Positions 37,893 to 48,039 of a stretch of 64,000 bases of DNA are shown here, in pieces (the first letter of the stretch is position 1; each line of letters begins with the position of its first letter). The DNA is from a virus. The notes under the pieces were generated by a model, which was not told the DNA's origin, made no database searches, and saw only the letters and a program-made list of their open reading frames with translations. The position numbers were made by a program, and so were the translations under genes. The DNA lies in IMG/VR virus record IMGVR_UViG_3300037088_000361, positions 63,844 through 127,843 of that record; one strand, given 5' to 3'.

Positions 37893-38552
37893 ATGGGAAT
37901 CGGAATGGCAATCTTCGTAGTAGGCATCATCACTTTGATGGTCTTTAACCCCGGCTTCCGCAAGGTTGGATTCATCCTCGGCGGGGTCTCCGCCGTCCTG
38001 TTCGTCGTCGTCCTCGTTGGTTCCTCATATTGGGAGGAATGCGACCGTGTCAAGGGGGTTGCTATTGACCAAGCTCAGCACGAGCGTTATGTGGCGATTG
38101 CAAAGTGTGGTCATCCTGCCGGTTACGTCCCTGACGTGTTCGATATCTCCATCGCTGAAACTACCAATAGCAATAACCCTAATGAGAGCGTCCAACAAAT
38201 CTGTGCCGATGACTTACAGAAATCCCTAAAAGAGTATAAGCTTCAGGACGACCAGCAAAGAGCAGCCGCCAAAAGGAATATCAGACAGGCAGCCATCGCC
38301 AAGGCTAATGCGCTTCCCCCCAACGTCGTGAGAAGGAACAACAATGGCACACAGTTCTTATGCCGTGACTCGGAGAATCACGTATCTGGTATGTCCTATG
38401 TTCAGTTTGACACTGGAACGGTTGTAGAATATCTGAACGGCTTGAAATACGAACCCAACGTCTACAAACGGAAAGCCGACAGCTTTGACACCAGTGCCCA
38501 CGCTGTCACGGCAGCCCGTGAGTATGCTATAGCCAATTGTCCAGCGTTGTAG
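37893..38552 (+). CDS. membrane-anchored protein
   Basis: Class A promoter, GGAGG RBS; two N-terminal TM segments. Confidence 0.65.
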   Translation: MGIGMAIFVVGIITLMVFNPGFRKVGFILGGVSAVLFVVVLVGSSYWEECDRVKGVAIDQAQHERYVAIAKCGHPAGYVPDVFDISIAETTNSNNPNESVQQICADDLQKSLKEYKLQDDQQRAAAKRNIRQAAIAKANALPPNVVRRNNNGTQFLCRDSENHVSGMSYVQFDTGTVVEYLNGLKYEPNVYKRKADSFDTSAHAVTAAREYAIANCPAL

Positions 38553-38580
38553 GCGACCGTGTCGCCAGAAAGAGGTTCAT

Positions 38581-38931
38581 ATGGGACGTTCAAGGTATGA
38601 TGACCCGGATTTCAGCGGTCCCGCTTGGAATGCAATGTGGACGAGTATCCGTGAAGATAGAAAAATCAAAGAGAAAGTCATGGTCAAGGCCAAGGCTCTG
38701 CGTGAGTTTTCCGCCACATACGCCACGACCTTAGCCCCTAACTCCGAAGCCGAACTCAACGAGATTGCCAAGTATGTGCGTGAGGCTAAGCCTTGGGATT
38801 ACGACCTCACTTCTAACGAAGTCCTCAATCTGGCAAAGGGGGTTCAGGCTGACCTTAATCCCAAGCCAGCCGTAAAGCCTGATGTTGAAGATTTTCATCC
38901 GACGACTTGTGTGTGGGAGACTCCAACTTAA
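38581..38931 (+). CDS. hypothetical protein
   Basis: GAGG RBS. Confidence 0.6.
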   Translation: MGRSRYDDPDFSGPAWNAMWTSIREDRKIKEKVMVKAKALREFSATYATTLAPNSEAELNEIAKYVREAKPWDYDLTSNEVLNLAKGVQADLNPKPAVKPDVEDFHPTTCVWETPT

Positions 38932-39023
38932 CCAAGGCTCAAGCCTTGGCTTACCTCGCACGGCTCGACGACGGGTTTGTCGGTAAGCACTATAAAGTCT
39001 TTGGGACTTAGTATTATCCCGGT

Positions 39024-39806
39024 ATGGACAACACACCGTTCAGACCGGGAATATCATCCTCCGAATACCCCCCCATCACGCAACTTCTCCTGCGTAAGTC
39101 TCCCAAACCCTTCAATATCCTCATTGGCGAGGACATCCATCAAATCAGATTCGCTGAGAAGACCCTTGGGCTCAAGCATCATATCGTTGAGAAGGTTACG
39201 GACGCCGACCTGCTTACCGGGGAGCCTTGTCTCCTGTGCATCACGACCAGCAGGGTGGTGGACATCTCCGAGAGCGTCAGGGACAAGACCTCGTTCTGGT
39301 CCATAGGACCCATCAGGAAGGGCTCGGCGGCCGCTAGCGCCATCGTTAAGCACGCCGCGACTGCGCTGGGCGGCAAGATGCCCGACAAGGATGCTTTGCA
39401 ACGGATAGCCGACACTTTGGCCAGCGAGGGAGTAGGGGATATCCACATCGCCATCTGGAAGGCGGTCTGGCTCCTGTTGGGTCCTCCTTTAGAGGAGCCC
39501 AAAAGGTGGGTAGACCCATGGGAGAATTACACTGGGTGGCTTCGCCCGGACATTGACCCGATGTATAGGCTCAACAGCCTCTTCAAGGATTTGAGCGCCT
39601 ACACCTTCATCATGTCAGGCGAGGTGGAGTCTCTCAAGAAAGCCGGGCTGAGCATGTCCCCCTCGAAGGTGAAGTACCTGTCGAGTCTAAAGCTCCATGT
39701 TAACAAGGTATATGAGACTCTCCGGGAACTGTCCTCTTGGAGGATGAAAAACGGGGACCCTTATCTTTCCGCTATGAGGATTGCGGGAACATGGTCAGGG
39801 AGTTAA
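39024..39806 (+). CDS. hypothetical protein in the replication cluster
   Basis: 260-aa ORF. Confidence 0.6.
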   Translation: MDNTPFRPGISSSEYPPITQLLLRKSPKPFNILIGEDIHQIRFAEKTLGLKHHIVEKVTDADLLTGEPCLLCITTSRVVDISESVRDKTSFWSIGPIRKGSAAASAIVKHAATALGGKMPDKDALQRIADTLASEGVGDIHIAIWKAVWLLLGPPLEEPKRWVDPWENYTGWLRPDIDPMYRLNSLFKDLSAYTFIMSGEVESLKKAGLSMSPSKVKYLSSLKLHVNKVYETLRELSSWRMKNGDPYLSAMRIAGTWSGS

Positions 39807-39859
39807 AACCTTGGTGGAGTAGTATTATCCTTTGACGGAGAGGAATAAGGATTAAGCAA

Positions 39860-40237
39860 ATGGCCAGTTCCCGTATCGGTTTAGAGATTCTCATAGGCAA
39901 GGTAGCTGTAGCCTTCAAGGTTAGGAAGAAGGAGGCAAAGCTGATTGTAGAGAGGGTAATCGTCTGCTTGGAGCAGACTCTCCTTGACAACCTTGAGACC
40001 GATGGATTCGTCATAAAATTGAACAAGTTCGGAAAGCTCACCATCCGGCATCGGGCGGCGAGCCTACGAAAAATTCCCCTCACGGGGGAAATCAAGATGA
40101 CGAGCAGGAAGCGCAAGGTAAAGTTCGTGACTCTCGGGAAGCTTCGAGAGCAGGAGAAGGCACCTGCGGCATCATCCTCCCCGTCACCTGCAACACCCCA
40201 ATCCCAGACAACAACCCAGGAGGTTAGCCAGCAATGA
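39860..40237 (+). CDS. HU/IHF-family DNA-binding protein
   Basis: LNKFGKLTIRHRAASLRKIPLTGE...VKF. Confidence 0.8.
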   Translation: MASSRIGLEILIGKVAVAFKVRKKEAKLIVERVIVCLEQTLLDNLETDGFVIKLNKFGKLTIRHRAASLRKIPLTGEIKMTSRKRKVKFVTLGKLREQEKAPAASSSPSPATPQSQTTTQEVSQQ

Positions 40238-41196
40238 AACAATTCTCAGCCGACGATGAGCTTGCGGATATCGCACCCAGGACTCAAACACAACCTGCAC
40301 CTCAAACACAATCAGCACCTTCGCCAATAGCACTAGGAACGGCACCAGCCGCCTCCGGTCCAGCCTCTGCACCAGCGGCAGCACCCCCACCACCACCCGC
40401 TGCGCAGACATTCGCCCAGCCGGACATTGACGACGACCTCCCTACGGGTGGCCAGCAGCAGGCTACCAGCGGCAAGACCTCCGCTCAAGGTGACCTAGTC
40501 GGGGAAGAGGTATCTTGGGAGGACGAGGAGCTTGCCAAGACGGGAGACGGTCTCCAGCGCATCCGCCCGGAAAAGGGCAGCAACAAGGTGTCTCGTTTCG
40601 CCCTTCTTGATTTCCTTCCTGTCGGATGGAAGTATCCTACCCGTACTGCTCGCAACCACTACGTCCCCACCAAGGAGGGCAAGCGCTGCCACATTTGCCT
40701 CGGGACTAGGGAGAACCCCTACGGCTATTGTTGCAAGCAGCTTGATGAGGAGGGGCAGACTCATATCGTGTGCCTTGCCCTTGAGTACACCAACGCCAAC
40801 CCGACAAGCGGGAACTACGACAAGAACCCGGCAACCGGGCAGTACCCGCCCATCGAGTATCATATTGGCTTCCTTGACCTGTCCACTGCTCAGTACAAGC
40901 AGATTAAGGACTTGAAGGAAGAGGACAAGTCTATCTATGACGTTGACCTCGTTATGGCAAGGGACGGCAACCGTTACAAGTTTGCTGTTAAGTCCTCCAA
41001 GGCGGCCCGTTGGAAGCTCATTCCAGGGCTTGCCAAAGATGTCGAGGCGAAGTGTCAGCCATTCCTTCAGGACGGTGGGCGCAAGCTTACCAGGCGGCTG
41101 GGGAAGAAGACTTCCCTGCTTGAATGGAAGGCGCTTCTCGCCGGGGCTGCGGCTGGTGCCCAGGAAGCAAATTTGTCAAACATGGACGATTTGTGA
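40234..41196 (+). CDS. putative single-stranded DNA-binding protein (gp32-like)
   Basis: H...C...CC zinc-like cluster, acidic MDDL tail, Pro/Ala-rich N-terminus, located near recA and ruvC. Confidence 0.55.
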   Translation: MKQFSADDELADIAPRTQTQPAPQTQSAPSPIALGTAPAASGPASAPAAAPPPPPAAQTFAQPDIDDDLPTGGQQQATSGKTSAQGDLVGEEVSWEDEELAKTGDGLQRIRPEKGSNKVSRFALLDFLPVGWKYPTRTARNHYVPTKEGKRCHICLGTRENPYGYCCKQLDEEGQTHIVCLALEYTNANPTSGNYDKNPATGQYPPIEYHIGFLDLSTAQYKQIKDLKEEDKSIYDVDLVMARDGNRYKFAVKSSKAARWKLIPGLAKDVEAKCQPFLQDGGRKLTRRLGKKTSLLEWKALLAGAAAGAQEANLSNMDDL

Positions 41197-41198
41197 TA

Positions 41199-41972
41199 TT
41201 AGGTATTAACTAGTTGTACATCAAAGAGAGGAGCAAATAGCTCCTCTCTTTTTCTTTCTTGCCTTAAAGTCTGTGCTTTTCTCATATTAGCAATGTGTTC
41301 TTGAGAGAACTCCCTACCTGTATTAGCTAGAGCTAGTTTTTGCTTGGTTTCTTCTAAATGATGCTTCCCAAGCCAAGGAGCTTTTCCATAATTTGGATTC
41401 CTTTCGCCTTTTCTTGCTTCACACAATTTTCTCTTGGTTTCTTCAGATAGGTTTTCCCATCTGTGTGACTCTGACATTTTTTTACGAGTCTCTATAGATG
41501 CCCCCTTCCTGCCCTTCTGGGCATCAGACATTTTTTTACGATACTCAGGAGACTGCATTCTATGTTTGGCTCCCTCTGACATCTTTCGCCTAGTTTCCTC
41601 AGTATGCCTGTGCCCCTTGAATCCCGGTATGCATTTCTTTCTCCACTCCTCTTTCTCCTCTCCGACCGGGCTGTATCCCCCGTCTCCTCCCGAAGTTTTG
41701 TTATACCCGGTATCGAGATGATTTGAATTGAACAGTGCAATGAAGTACTTTTCTCTTTCGGAAAGGAAAGCCTTTGAGGTGATGCCCCTCTCTAGTACTT
41801 CCAGCGTAAAGACCTTGGGTCCATACTTTATGATTGCTCGGTGTAAATGGAATCCTAACCCCTTTCTAGCACAGCTTACATGCCTGCGCCACCGTTCTTG
41901 GACATTCTCCCCTATAAACTTTCCAACATAGATTTTCCCGTTTACAGTATTTATTAACTTGTAGACCAGCAT
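41199..41972 (-). CDS. GIY-YIG homing endonuclease with NUMOD3 repeats
   Basis: LVYKLIN...IYVGK...RWRRH; HTEETRRKMS repeats. Confidence 0.88.
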   Translation of the reverse strand: MLVYKLINTVNGKIYVGKFIGENVQERWRRHVSCARKGLGFHLHRAIIKYGPKVFTLEVLERGITSKAFLSEREKYFIALFNSNHLDTGYNKTSGGDGGYSPVGEEKEEWRKKCIPGFKGHRHTEETRRKMSEGAKHRMQSPEYRKKMSDAQKGRKGASIETRKKMSESHRWENLSEETKRKLCEARKGERNPNYGKAPWLGKHHLEETKQKLALANTGREFSQEHIANMRKAQTLRQERKREELFAPLFDVQLVNT

Positions 41973-42050
41973 ATCCGTCCCCTATCTAGGAAACGGATAG
42001 TCTTAATTATATGGATGATTTATAGCAGGCTGGCCACATGGAGAGATTTG

Positions 42051-42323
42051 ATGAGCACAGTCAATTACATGGACGGGAACATCTTCAGGGACGAGGGTTA
42101 CCTGCAGGAGGCTAACCGCCAGTTTTTCCACCCTCTAGGGCTGGCCCTTGAGCTTGACCCGAAGACCAGTACCCTCAAGATATGGGACTATCGGGACGAC
42201 CCTGAGGGCATTACCTTTGACAAGACCGACCTCCAGCCGAAGGCAGCACATGTCGCCCAACTTGAGGGGAATCGGTATGCCGCCCGCAAGAAGGCGGTCG
42301 GATATTGGATACAACCGATTTGA
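42051..42323 (+). CDS. hypothetical phage protein
   Basis: GGAG RBS; GYLQEANRQFFHPLGLAL. Confidence 0.65.
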   Translation: MSTVNYMDGNIFRDEGYLQEANRQFFHPLGLALELDPKTSTLKIWDYRDDPEGITFDKTDLQPKAAHVAQLEGNRYAARKKAVGYWIQPI

Positions 42324-42339
42324 AGCTAATGAGGTTATT

Positions 42340-42609
42340 ATGTCAACATTACAGATGATTGTATGCAACACTTCTGAAGATTGCGCCCAAGCAGCCGTTT
42401 CTATCTATAAGAAGAAGAAATGGAGGTGGGTAAGATACGGCGAGAAAGGAACATCCTACTACATACCGAAAAAGAAAGACATCATTAAAACGCTTAAGGA
42501 GTTAGAAGAAGAAATTAAGGATGGTTGCACCGAGTCTGCAACTGGACGCCTCCACGTTTTCAAGGCGGGGAACGATTGCAAGTACTGCTTGGAATTAAAA
42601 TCCCTATGA
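42340..42609 (+). CDS. hypothetical protein
   Basis: GAGG RBS. Confidence 0.55.
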   Translation: MSTLQMIVCNTSEDCAQAAVSIYKKKKWRWVRYGEKGTSYYIPKKKDIIKTLKELEEEIKDGCTESATGRLHVFKAGNDCKYCLELKSL

Positions 42610-42625
42610 AGAGTGTTTTAAGCTA

Positions 42626-43525
42626 ATGAAAAAATCCAAGGAAGTACCCCTTCGTTATCCTGCGGTCATTCCAAGAGTTACAGATTGGTATATAGTGGGG
42701 TTAGACCCTTCACTATCCAGGACAGGTTATGCTTTGATGCACGTGGGAATCCCCAAGTGCGACTTTCCTGAAGGCGTCCCCTGCACGCATCCAGGATGTA
42801 TTAGTCACAGCTCCCACCCTTGTGAGGTCTGCCATAGAATAGGTGGACGGCTTGATAGCTCAGCGGAGTGGCTGGAAGTCGGCTCAATAAAGCCTGAGAC
42901 TTCCGCTAACCCCGTATGGATACGGAGCAAGGGTATGGCACTGTTTCTTAAGGACGCTATCAAGTGTTGGGCGACTTGGGAAGAGCAACGAAACATCGGT
43001 GTGCTCATATCCACAGAATTCCCAACTCCAAGAAACGATTTTTTGGTTAGTTTGAATCGAATTATCCACTTGGTTTTCTTTGAGGATGACCTATGGAGAC
43101 GGTTTGCCGCCGTGCGCATCCTTTCTCTCAATGCCAACACTCTTCGCAGTTTGATGGGTTTATCTAAAACTGGAAGGACTAATAAGTCTGAAAATATTAT
43201 CCGTGCGTACGATTTTATTGACAAGCAGAGATTTCCGCATCTCGACCCCGATTCTTGCGATGCGGTGCTTCTCGCCATGATGGGAAGGCATGTAATCAGT
43301 CTTCTCCTTAATCGTCCGGCAGAGGTTCCGGCCAGGGTTTTGACCACTTTTTGCAGCGATGTACGGAAGCCCAAGGGTAAGGGGCGTAACTTGCGTATGG
43401 TCACATCGGGCATTCTCCATCGCCCAGAGTATTTCTATTCATACGAGGCTAAGCCGTTCGTATTTTGCGCAAGAGACGCATCCTCCCCTAAGGCTGGCCT
43501 AGACCGTAAGGAATATGTGATATAG
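42626..43525 (+). CDS. RuvC-like Holliday junction resolvase
   Basis: VGLDPSLSRTGYA, STE, K...DSCDA acidic set; Cys/His-rich insertion. Confidence 0.75.
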   Translation: MKKSKEVPLRYPAVIPRVTDWYIVGLDPSLSRTGYALMHVGIPKCDFPEGVPCTHPGCISHSSHPCEVCHRIGGRLDSSAEWLEVGSIKPETSANPVWIRSKGMALFLKDAIKCWATWEEQRNIGVLISTEFPTPRNDFLVSLNRIIHLVFFEDDLWRRFAAVRILSLNANTLRSLMGLSKTGRTNKSENIIRAYDFIDKQRFPHLDPDSCDAVLLAMMGRHVISLLLNRPAEVPARVLTTFCSDVRKPKGKGRNLRMVTSGILHRPEYFYSYEAKPFVFCARDASSPKAGLDRKEYVI

Positions 43526-43769
43526 TATGGATTGTCCAAGGTGCAAAGGCTCACGATGGGAGGCAGGCGGTCTAGTTCCCTCTGGATACTGTCAACGAAC
43601 AATGGTCGCTGTATGTAAGATTTGCGGGTTAGTTGTCGGGGGACTCACAGCCGACACTCCCATAGAGTTTGAAGAAGGGTCTTGAAGCTATCCAAGGTGG
43701 TTTAACTGGGAAAAAGAACAGGCTGATGTTGCTACTATACGAGCCCAGATTACTAAAACGGAGGGTTAA

Positions 43770-45131
43770 ATGGCGAAGGCAAAGGCGAAGGAAAAGACCA
43801 AGGATAAGGCATCGGAAAAGGGAAAGGGAAGGCTGCCCGAGGGACCGCCACGACTATGGACGCCCGTCCAGCGGCGTGAGGCTTTCCTGCTTTCTCGCAA
43901 GGATGTCAAGTCCGACTTTCGCATCCTCGACAAGGACTTCAAGGAACCGTTGGTCCCCTATGGTCACTTCATCTTTGACTACGTCCTCGGTCTCGGAGGC
44001 ATTGCCCGCCATGGACGTGTGACCCAGATACACGGGAACGAGGGCGCAGGAAAGACCACCACGACCCTGTCCGTGGCCGCTTGGTACCAGAAGGCGACCG
44101 GGGAACCCATCGCCATCTTCGAGTACGAGCCTACTGCCTCGGCAAACTATGCCTGGGCACTGGGCATTGACCCCGAGTACTGTTTCTTTGAGCAGCCCAC
44201 CGACCTGCACAAGTCCATCTATCGTCACGCCGAGCTTATGGAGAAGTTCGGCGTCCGCTTCTTCGTGGATGATTCAATTCCCTACATGGACACAAAGTAT
44301 GACCTTGCCGACCTCAAGAGCGGCAAGGCATTCAGGTCTAACTATGGCAGTCACGCTAAGGGCATAACGGAGTTCTACCACAAGCTCCACCCGTACCTCC
44401 TTGAGCACGATGCACACCTGCTTATCGTTAACCAGACTCGTGCCCGCATCGACGATGATGCCGAGAACGCCAGCAAGTGGAGCTACACCAACCGGGAGTA
44501 CTCCTTGCCAGGAGGATATGAGGCGAGGTTCACCCCGTCCGTGATGATTGAGGAAATTCTTGAGAGCGAGATACGCCCTTGGGAATGGGGTGATAAGATG
44601 CCCAAGGAGAAGGAGAAGTTCCTCCTCATCCAGCCCAAGGGTGCTGTCCTCAAGAACTATCCGACAGCTAATCGGGTGAAGATACGTGTCCTCAAGAACA
44701 AGGTCACTGGCAAGGGGTTCCGAGAGGCGTTTATCTATGTTCGCCCGAACTTCGGCATTGATGAGAACATGAGCATCCGTGAGCTTGCCGTTTCCTACGG
44801 TCTCATTGAGTCGGACGGCGGGAAGAAATGGTATATCGGAAAGTCCTCCGAGGATGCCATCGTGAGCTACAGTAGCAAGACCGAGCTTATCGAGGACATC
44901 GTCATCAAGCAGAATCCCGAGGTCCTCGGGAAGCTAAGGGGGATGGTTATTGATAGGGTGACCACCGACGACACTGAGCGCTTTATCGGAAGGCTATCCC
45001 CAAGTGAGCTTGCCTATGTGACCGAGCCGGAAGCTGGATTCGCCGACGAGGAATTCTTTGAGGAAGGGGTTCCTGCTCCCGAGCTTCCCGAGGGGGCGGT
45101 AAAAGATTTTAAGGTGGAAGAACTGGAGTAG
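43770..45131 (+). CDS. recA: RecA/UvsX-like recombinase
   Basis: GNEGAGKTT, VDDSI, IVNQTR, PGG, KNKV. Confidence 0.85.
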   Translation: MAKAKAKEKTKDKASEKGKGRLPEGPPRLWTPVQRREAFLLSRKDVKSDFRILDKDFKEPLVPYGHFIFDYVLGLGGIARHGRVTQIHGNEGAGKTTTTLSVAAWYQKATGEPIAIFEYEPTASANYAWALGIDPEYCFFEQPTDLHKSIYRHAELMEKFGVRFFVDDSIPYMDTKYDLADLKSGKAFRSNYGSHAKGITEFYHKLHPYLLEHDAHLLIVNQTRARIDDDAENASKWSYTNREYSLPGGYEARFTPSVMIEEILESEIRPWEWGDKMPKEKEKFLLIQPKGAVLKNYPTANRVKIRVLKNKVTGKGFREAFIYVRPNFGIDENMSIRELAVSYGLIESDGGKKWYIGKSSEDAIVSYSSKTELIEDIVIKQNPEVLGKLRGMVIDRVTTDDTERFIGRLSPSELAYVTEPEAGFADEEFFEEGVPAPELPEGAVKDFKVEELE

Positions 45132-45134
45132 GGT

Positions 45135-45320
45135 ATGCAGACATATGAAGAAAGTGTTGAGTCTGGCGGTAAGTGCATTATTACTACTTACTGTATAGGC
45201 TATATCCTTGCCATGGTGATAAGCTGGTCACGCAGCATGAGCATTCATTTAGCTCTTTATCACGGAGCCTTATCGTGGGGCTATGTTCTGTGGTTTGCAA
45301 TTAAGACTGGAAGATTATAA
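45135..45320 (+). CDS. small membrane protein
   Basis: LAMVISWSR...HGALSWGYV. Confidence 0.55.
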   Translation: MQTYEESVESGGKCIITTYCIGYILAMVISWSRSMSIHLALYHGALSWGYVLWFAIKTGRL

Positions 45321-45421
45321 TGACACATGGCTCTTTATTCACGGGAATCGGGGGATTTGACCTCGGATTCGAGCGGGTGGGATTTGATACCCGGTCATTA
45401 GCCATAAAGCAAACCGTCTGA
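45320..45421 (+). pseudogene. N-terminal remnant of a C5 cytosine DNA methyltransferase
   Basis: MTHGSLFTGIGGFDLGFERVGF (motif I), stop after 33 codons. Confidence 0.75.
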
Positions 45422-45478
45422 AGGCTGAGAACACCCCTGAAGAGTTGATAGCCCTTGGAGAAAAGTTCAAAAATATCT

Positions 45479-46717
45479 ATGAGAATATCCGGTAAAAATT
45501 TTCAACCTTGGAGTGAGTTTGACCTTACTTTGGACGGGCTAACGCTCATCGTCGGTCCGTCCAATAAGGGGAAAAGTTCCATCTTCCGCAGCCTCAAGGG
45601 AATTCTCCGCAACGAGCTTGATTCGGGCTACATCCGCAATGGGCAGGACGAGAAGGTGGAAGTGTCCCTTGAGATTGACGGGCTTCCTCTCATCGCGGCC
45701 AGCCGGACCCGCAAGGGCACGACTAAGTACAAGATAGGCGTGGACGAGGACGGCAAACCCATCGAGTTTAAGGCACTGGGGGACAGCATCCCGGAGCCGA
45801 TGGAGAAGCTCAAGTTCAATAAGGTGAAGGTCGGGGATGTCACTATGGACCCGATATTCTCCGAGCAGAACAAGGCGCAGTTCCTCATTGACACCGAGCG
45901 CTGGAAGCCTACAGAAATCAATACCATCCTCGGGGCGTTCGCCTCCACCGAGCGGCTGGACGCCGGGAAGAAGGAGGCGAACCTTCGCATCACCCAGAAG
46001 AACGGGGAGGCCAAGACGCTGGCCGAGGAGATACGGGAGGCAGAGGAGCGCAAGGGCAAGCTTACCATCCTCTCCGGGCAGGCGGACCGCTATGCCGCAG
46101 AGGTAACCTCGGTTGAGTCCACGGTGAGTGATACACAGGGCAGGCTGTTTAACACTTATGAGGCGCTAAAGCGCTTGGTTAAGGTCATAGAATACCAGCA
46201 GCTTTTGTCTGCGCTTAGTATCCCTGATATCTCTGAGACCGAGGTCCTCCACCGCAAGTCCTTGCTTCTATCCCAGGCAGCAAAGCATTTGGTAAAGTCC
46301 AAGTTCTTGGTTAGGTGCAGCGAGACCTGTGACGAGACAGTAGTAAACTGGGAGCCGGTGGTAAAGGTGCACAAGCGCAAGCAAGCCATCCTCTCCCTGC
46401 TGGCAATCCAGCAAAGGGGGGGGTTGGGTCCAAGGGAATGCGCCGACCAAGTGGGCAAGCTCCTTGAAGACACAGAATTCTCCTTGAGACGGGTTTCCTC
46501 TCTCTCCTTGTTAATCAAGTCTGCCGAGTTGGTGATGCCAGCCAAGGAGAGCGCGAGGGTAAAGGAAGAAGAACTGCTGAAGGCTGAGATTGAGCTAGAG
46601 AAGGCTAACGGCGAGGTAACGAGAATACAGCTTGACGCCGTAGAAGTTGGTGTGGCCAAGTGCCCAAACTGTGGTAAGGATTTGCGGTGCTCAACATGTC
46701 AACACGCAGGAAATTAG
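45479..46717 (+). CDS. SbcC/Rad50-like ATPase, N-terminal half ending at a zinc hook
   Basis: KNFQ, GPSNKGKSS, Q-loop SEQ, coiled coil, CPNCG; no signature or Walker B motif. Confidence 0.8.
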   Translation: MRISGKNFQPWSEFDLTLDGLTLIVGPSNKGKSSIFRSLKGILRNELDSGYIRNGQDEKVEVSLEIDGLPLIAASRTRKGTTKYKIGVDEDGKPIEFKALGDSIPEPMEKLKFNKVKVGDVTMDPIFSEQNKAQFLIDTERWKPTEINTILGAFASTERLDAGKKEANLRITQKNGEAKTLAEEIREAEERKGKLTILSGQADRYAAEVTSVESTVSDTQGRLFNTYEALKRLVKVIEYQQLLSALSIPDISETEVLHRKSLLLSQAAKHLVKSKFLVRCSETCDETVVNWEPVVKVHKRKQAILSLLAIQQRGGLGPRECADQVGKLLEDTEFSLRRVSSLSLLIKSAELVMPAKESARVKEEELLKAEIELEKANGEVTRIQLDAVEVGVAKCPNCGKDLRCSTCQHAGN

Positions 46718-46738
46718 TATTAGGATAGGGAGACAAAA

Positions 46739-47029
46739 ATGCCAGATATACTAGACCAACTCAAGCTTGCTCAAGGAAGGGTAAAGACACTGGCCACCAA
46801 ACGGGACCAGATAATCCGTGACGCCGGGGTGGAGGAGCAGAAGCTCCAGCAGGTGTATGATAATCTTCGCCAACTTGGTATTGACAAGCCTGAGAGCTTA
46901 TCTGAGGCAAACCTCAAGACCCTTGCCGAGACCACCGAGAAGACCTTGGAGGACAATCTCAAGAGCCTCTTGGAGTCTTTGTCGAAGGGTGAGGCGCTTA
47001 TCGGTGAGTACGACAAGTTCCAACAGTAG
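46739..47029 (+). CDS. small coiled-coil protein
   Basis: GGGAG RBS; heptad pattern. Confidence 0.6.
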   Translation: MPDILDQLKLAQGRVKTLATKRDQIIRDAGVEEQKLQQVYDNLRQLGIDKPESLSEANLKTLAETTEKTLEDNLKSLLESLSKGEALIGEYDKFQQ

Positions 47030-47035
47030 GAGCTT

Positions 47036-47317
47036 ATGGACATATACCGGGAATCTTTGGAGGACGAAATAACGGACATCGTGCAGGGAGAACTATGTGA
47101 GCTTGGGATTATGTCATGTGAAAAGCATAATCCGAGGGAGATGTGCAATGGTATCGCTAGGCAGGTACTCCATCAGATGAATGCCCTCGTGCAGGCTATC
47201 TACGAAGGAGTTTCCAGTCCCGTCAAGGATGAGTTCGGAAGGACATACCATTTCAAGACCAAGAATAAAAAAATAATCAGGGTTATGGAGTCCCCCCCAA
47301 GAAAAGGAGAGTGCTAA
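47036..47317 (+). CDS. hypothetical protein
   Basis: AGGAG RBS. Confidence 0.55.
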   Translation: MDIYRESLEDEITDIVQGELCELGIMSCEKHNPREMCNGIARQVLHQMNALVQAIYEGVSSPVKDEFGRTYHFKTKNKKIIRVMESPPRKGEC

Positions 47318-48027
47318 TGGAATTCAAGAGCATCAAGCTTGAGGTTAAGGACGACAGAAGCATAGTATCCCTGCTTAACGGGGACAGTGTGTTGGGGAAA
47401 ATAACCGTCTCCATTGGGAGCCAAATCGAGGTAAGCACGGAAAAGGAAGTGATTGAAAAGATTCCTTTCATGTCCCCTCCGCAGGAGGATGACCCTGTCA
47501 AGGCTGTGGAGGAGGCCTTATTCGGGAAGGAGGATGACCCTGTCAAGGCTGTGGAGGAGGCCTTATTCGGGAAGGATGATGACCTTCCTTCCGTCCCAGC
47601 TAATACCATTCGGCAAGAATACGTCCCGCCGTTGGATGTTAAGTTTAAGCCCGAGGGGGTTTTTCCCAATAGTGCTTCCGAGGCGCAAGGTGTAGACAAC
47701 CAATTCAAGATTCTTGACGGCGTCTCCGAGGGGAAAGAGGGGGAAAACTGTATCACTGAGGCGGCTGATGATATCCTGCAAATGTCTGAAGACGAGATAG
47801 AGGCTGCTTTGACTGAAGTGGCACTCGCGGCTGTTAAGGTCAAGAGGAAGATTGCCAGGAGGAAGGGTGAGGTGGTGGTTACACCTGCGCCTACTGTACC
47901 TTGGGCACCTCCTTCGGCAAAAAGGGCAGATGTTACCGTGGTGCCTGTCAAGCACACCGTATTTGTTGCTCCGAACAAGTCTATCAAAAAGAAGAGTAAG
48001 CCGCTCAAAAAGAAGAAAAAGAAATAG
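47317..48027 (+). CDS. hypothetical protein with acidic body and poly-Lys tail
   Basis: AAGGAG RBS; C-terminal KKKKKK. Confidence 0.6.
   Translation: MEFKSIKLEVKDDRSIVSLLNGDSVLGKITVSIGSQIEVSTEKEVIEKIPFMSPPQEDDPVKAVEEALFGKEDDPVKAVEEALFGKDDDLPSVPANTIRQEYVPPLDVKFKPEGVFPNSASEAQGVDNQFKILDGVSEGKEGENCITEAADDILQMSEDEIEAALTEVALAAVKVKRKIARRKGEVVVTPAPTVPWAPPSAKRADVTVVPVKHTVFVAPNKSIKKKSKPLKKKKKK
47483..47572 (+). repeat. exact 45-bp in-frame tandem duplication
   Basis: AGGAGGATGACCCTGTCAAGGCTGTGGAGGAGGCCTTATTCGGGA twice (EDDPVKAVEEALFGK). Confidence 0.9.
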
Positions 48028-48039
48028 GGGTTGATACAT

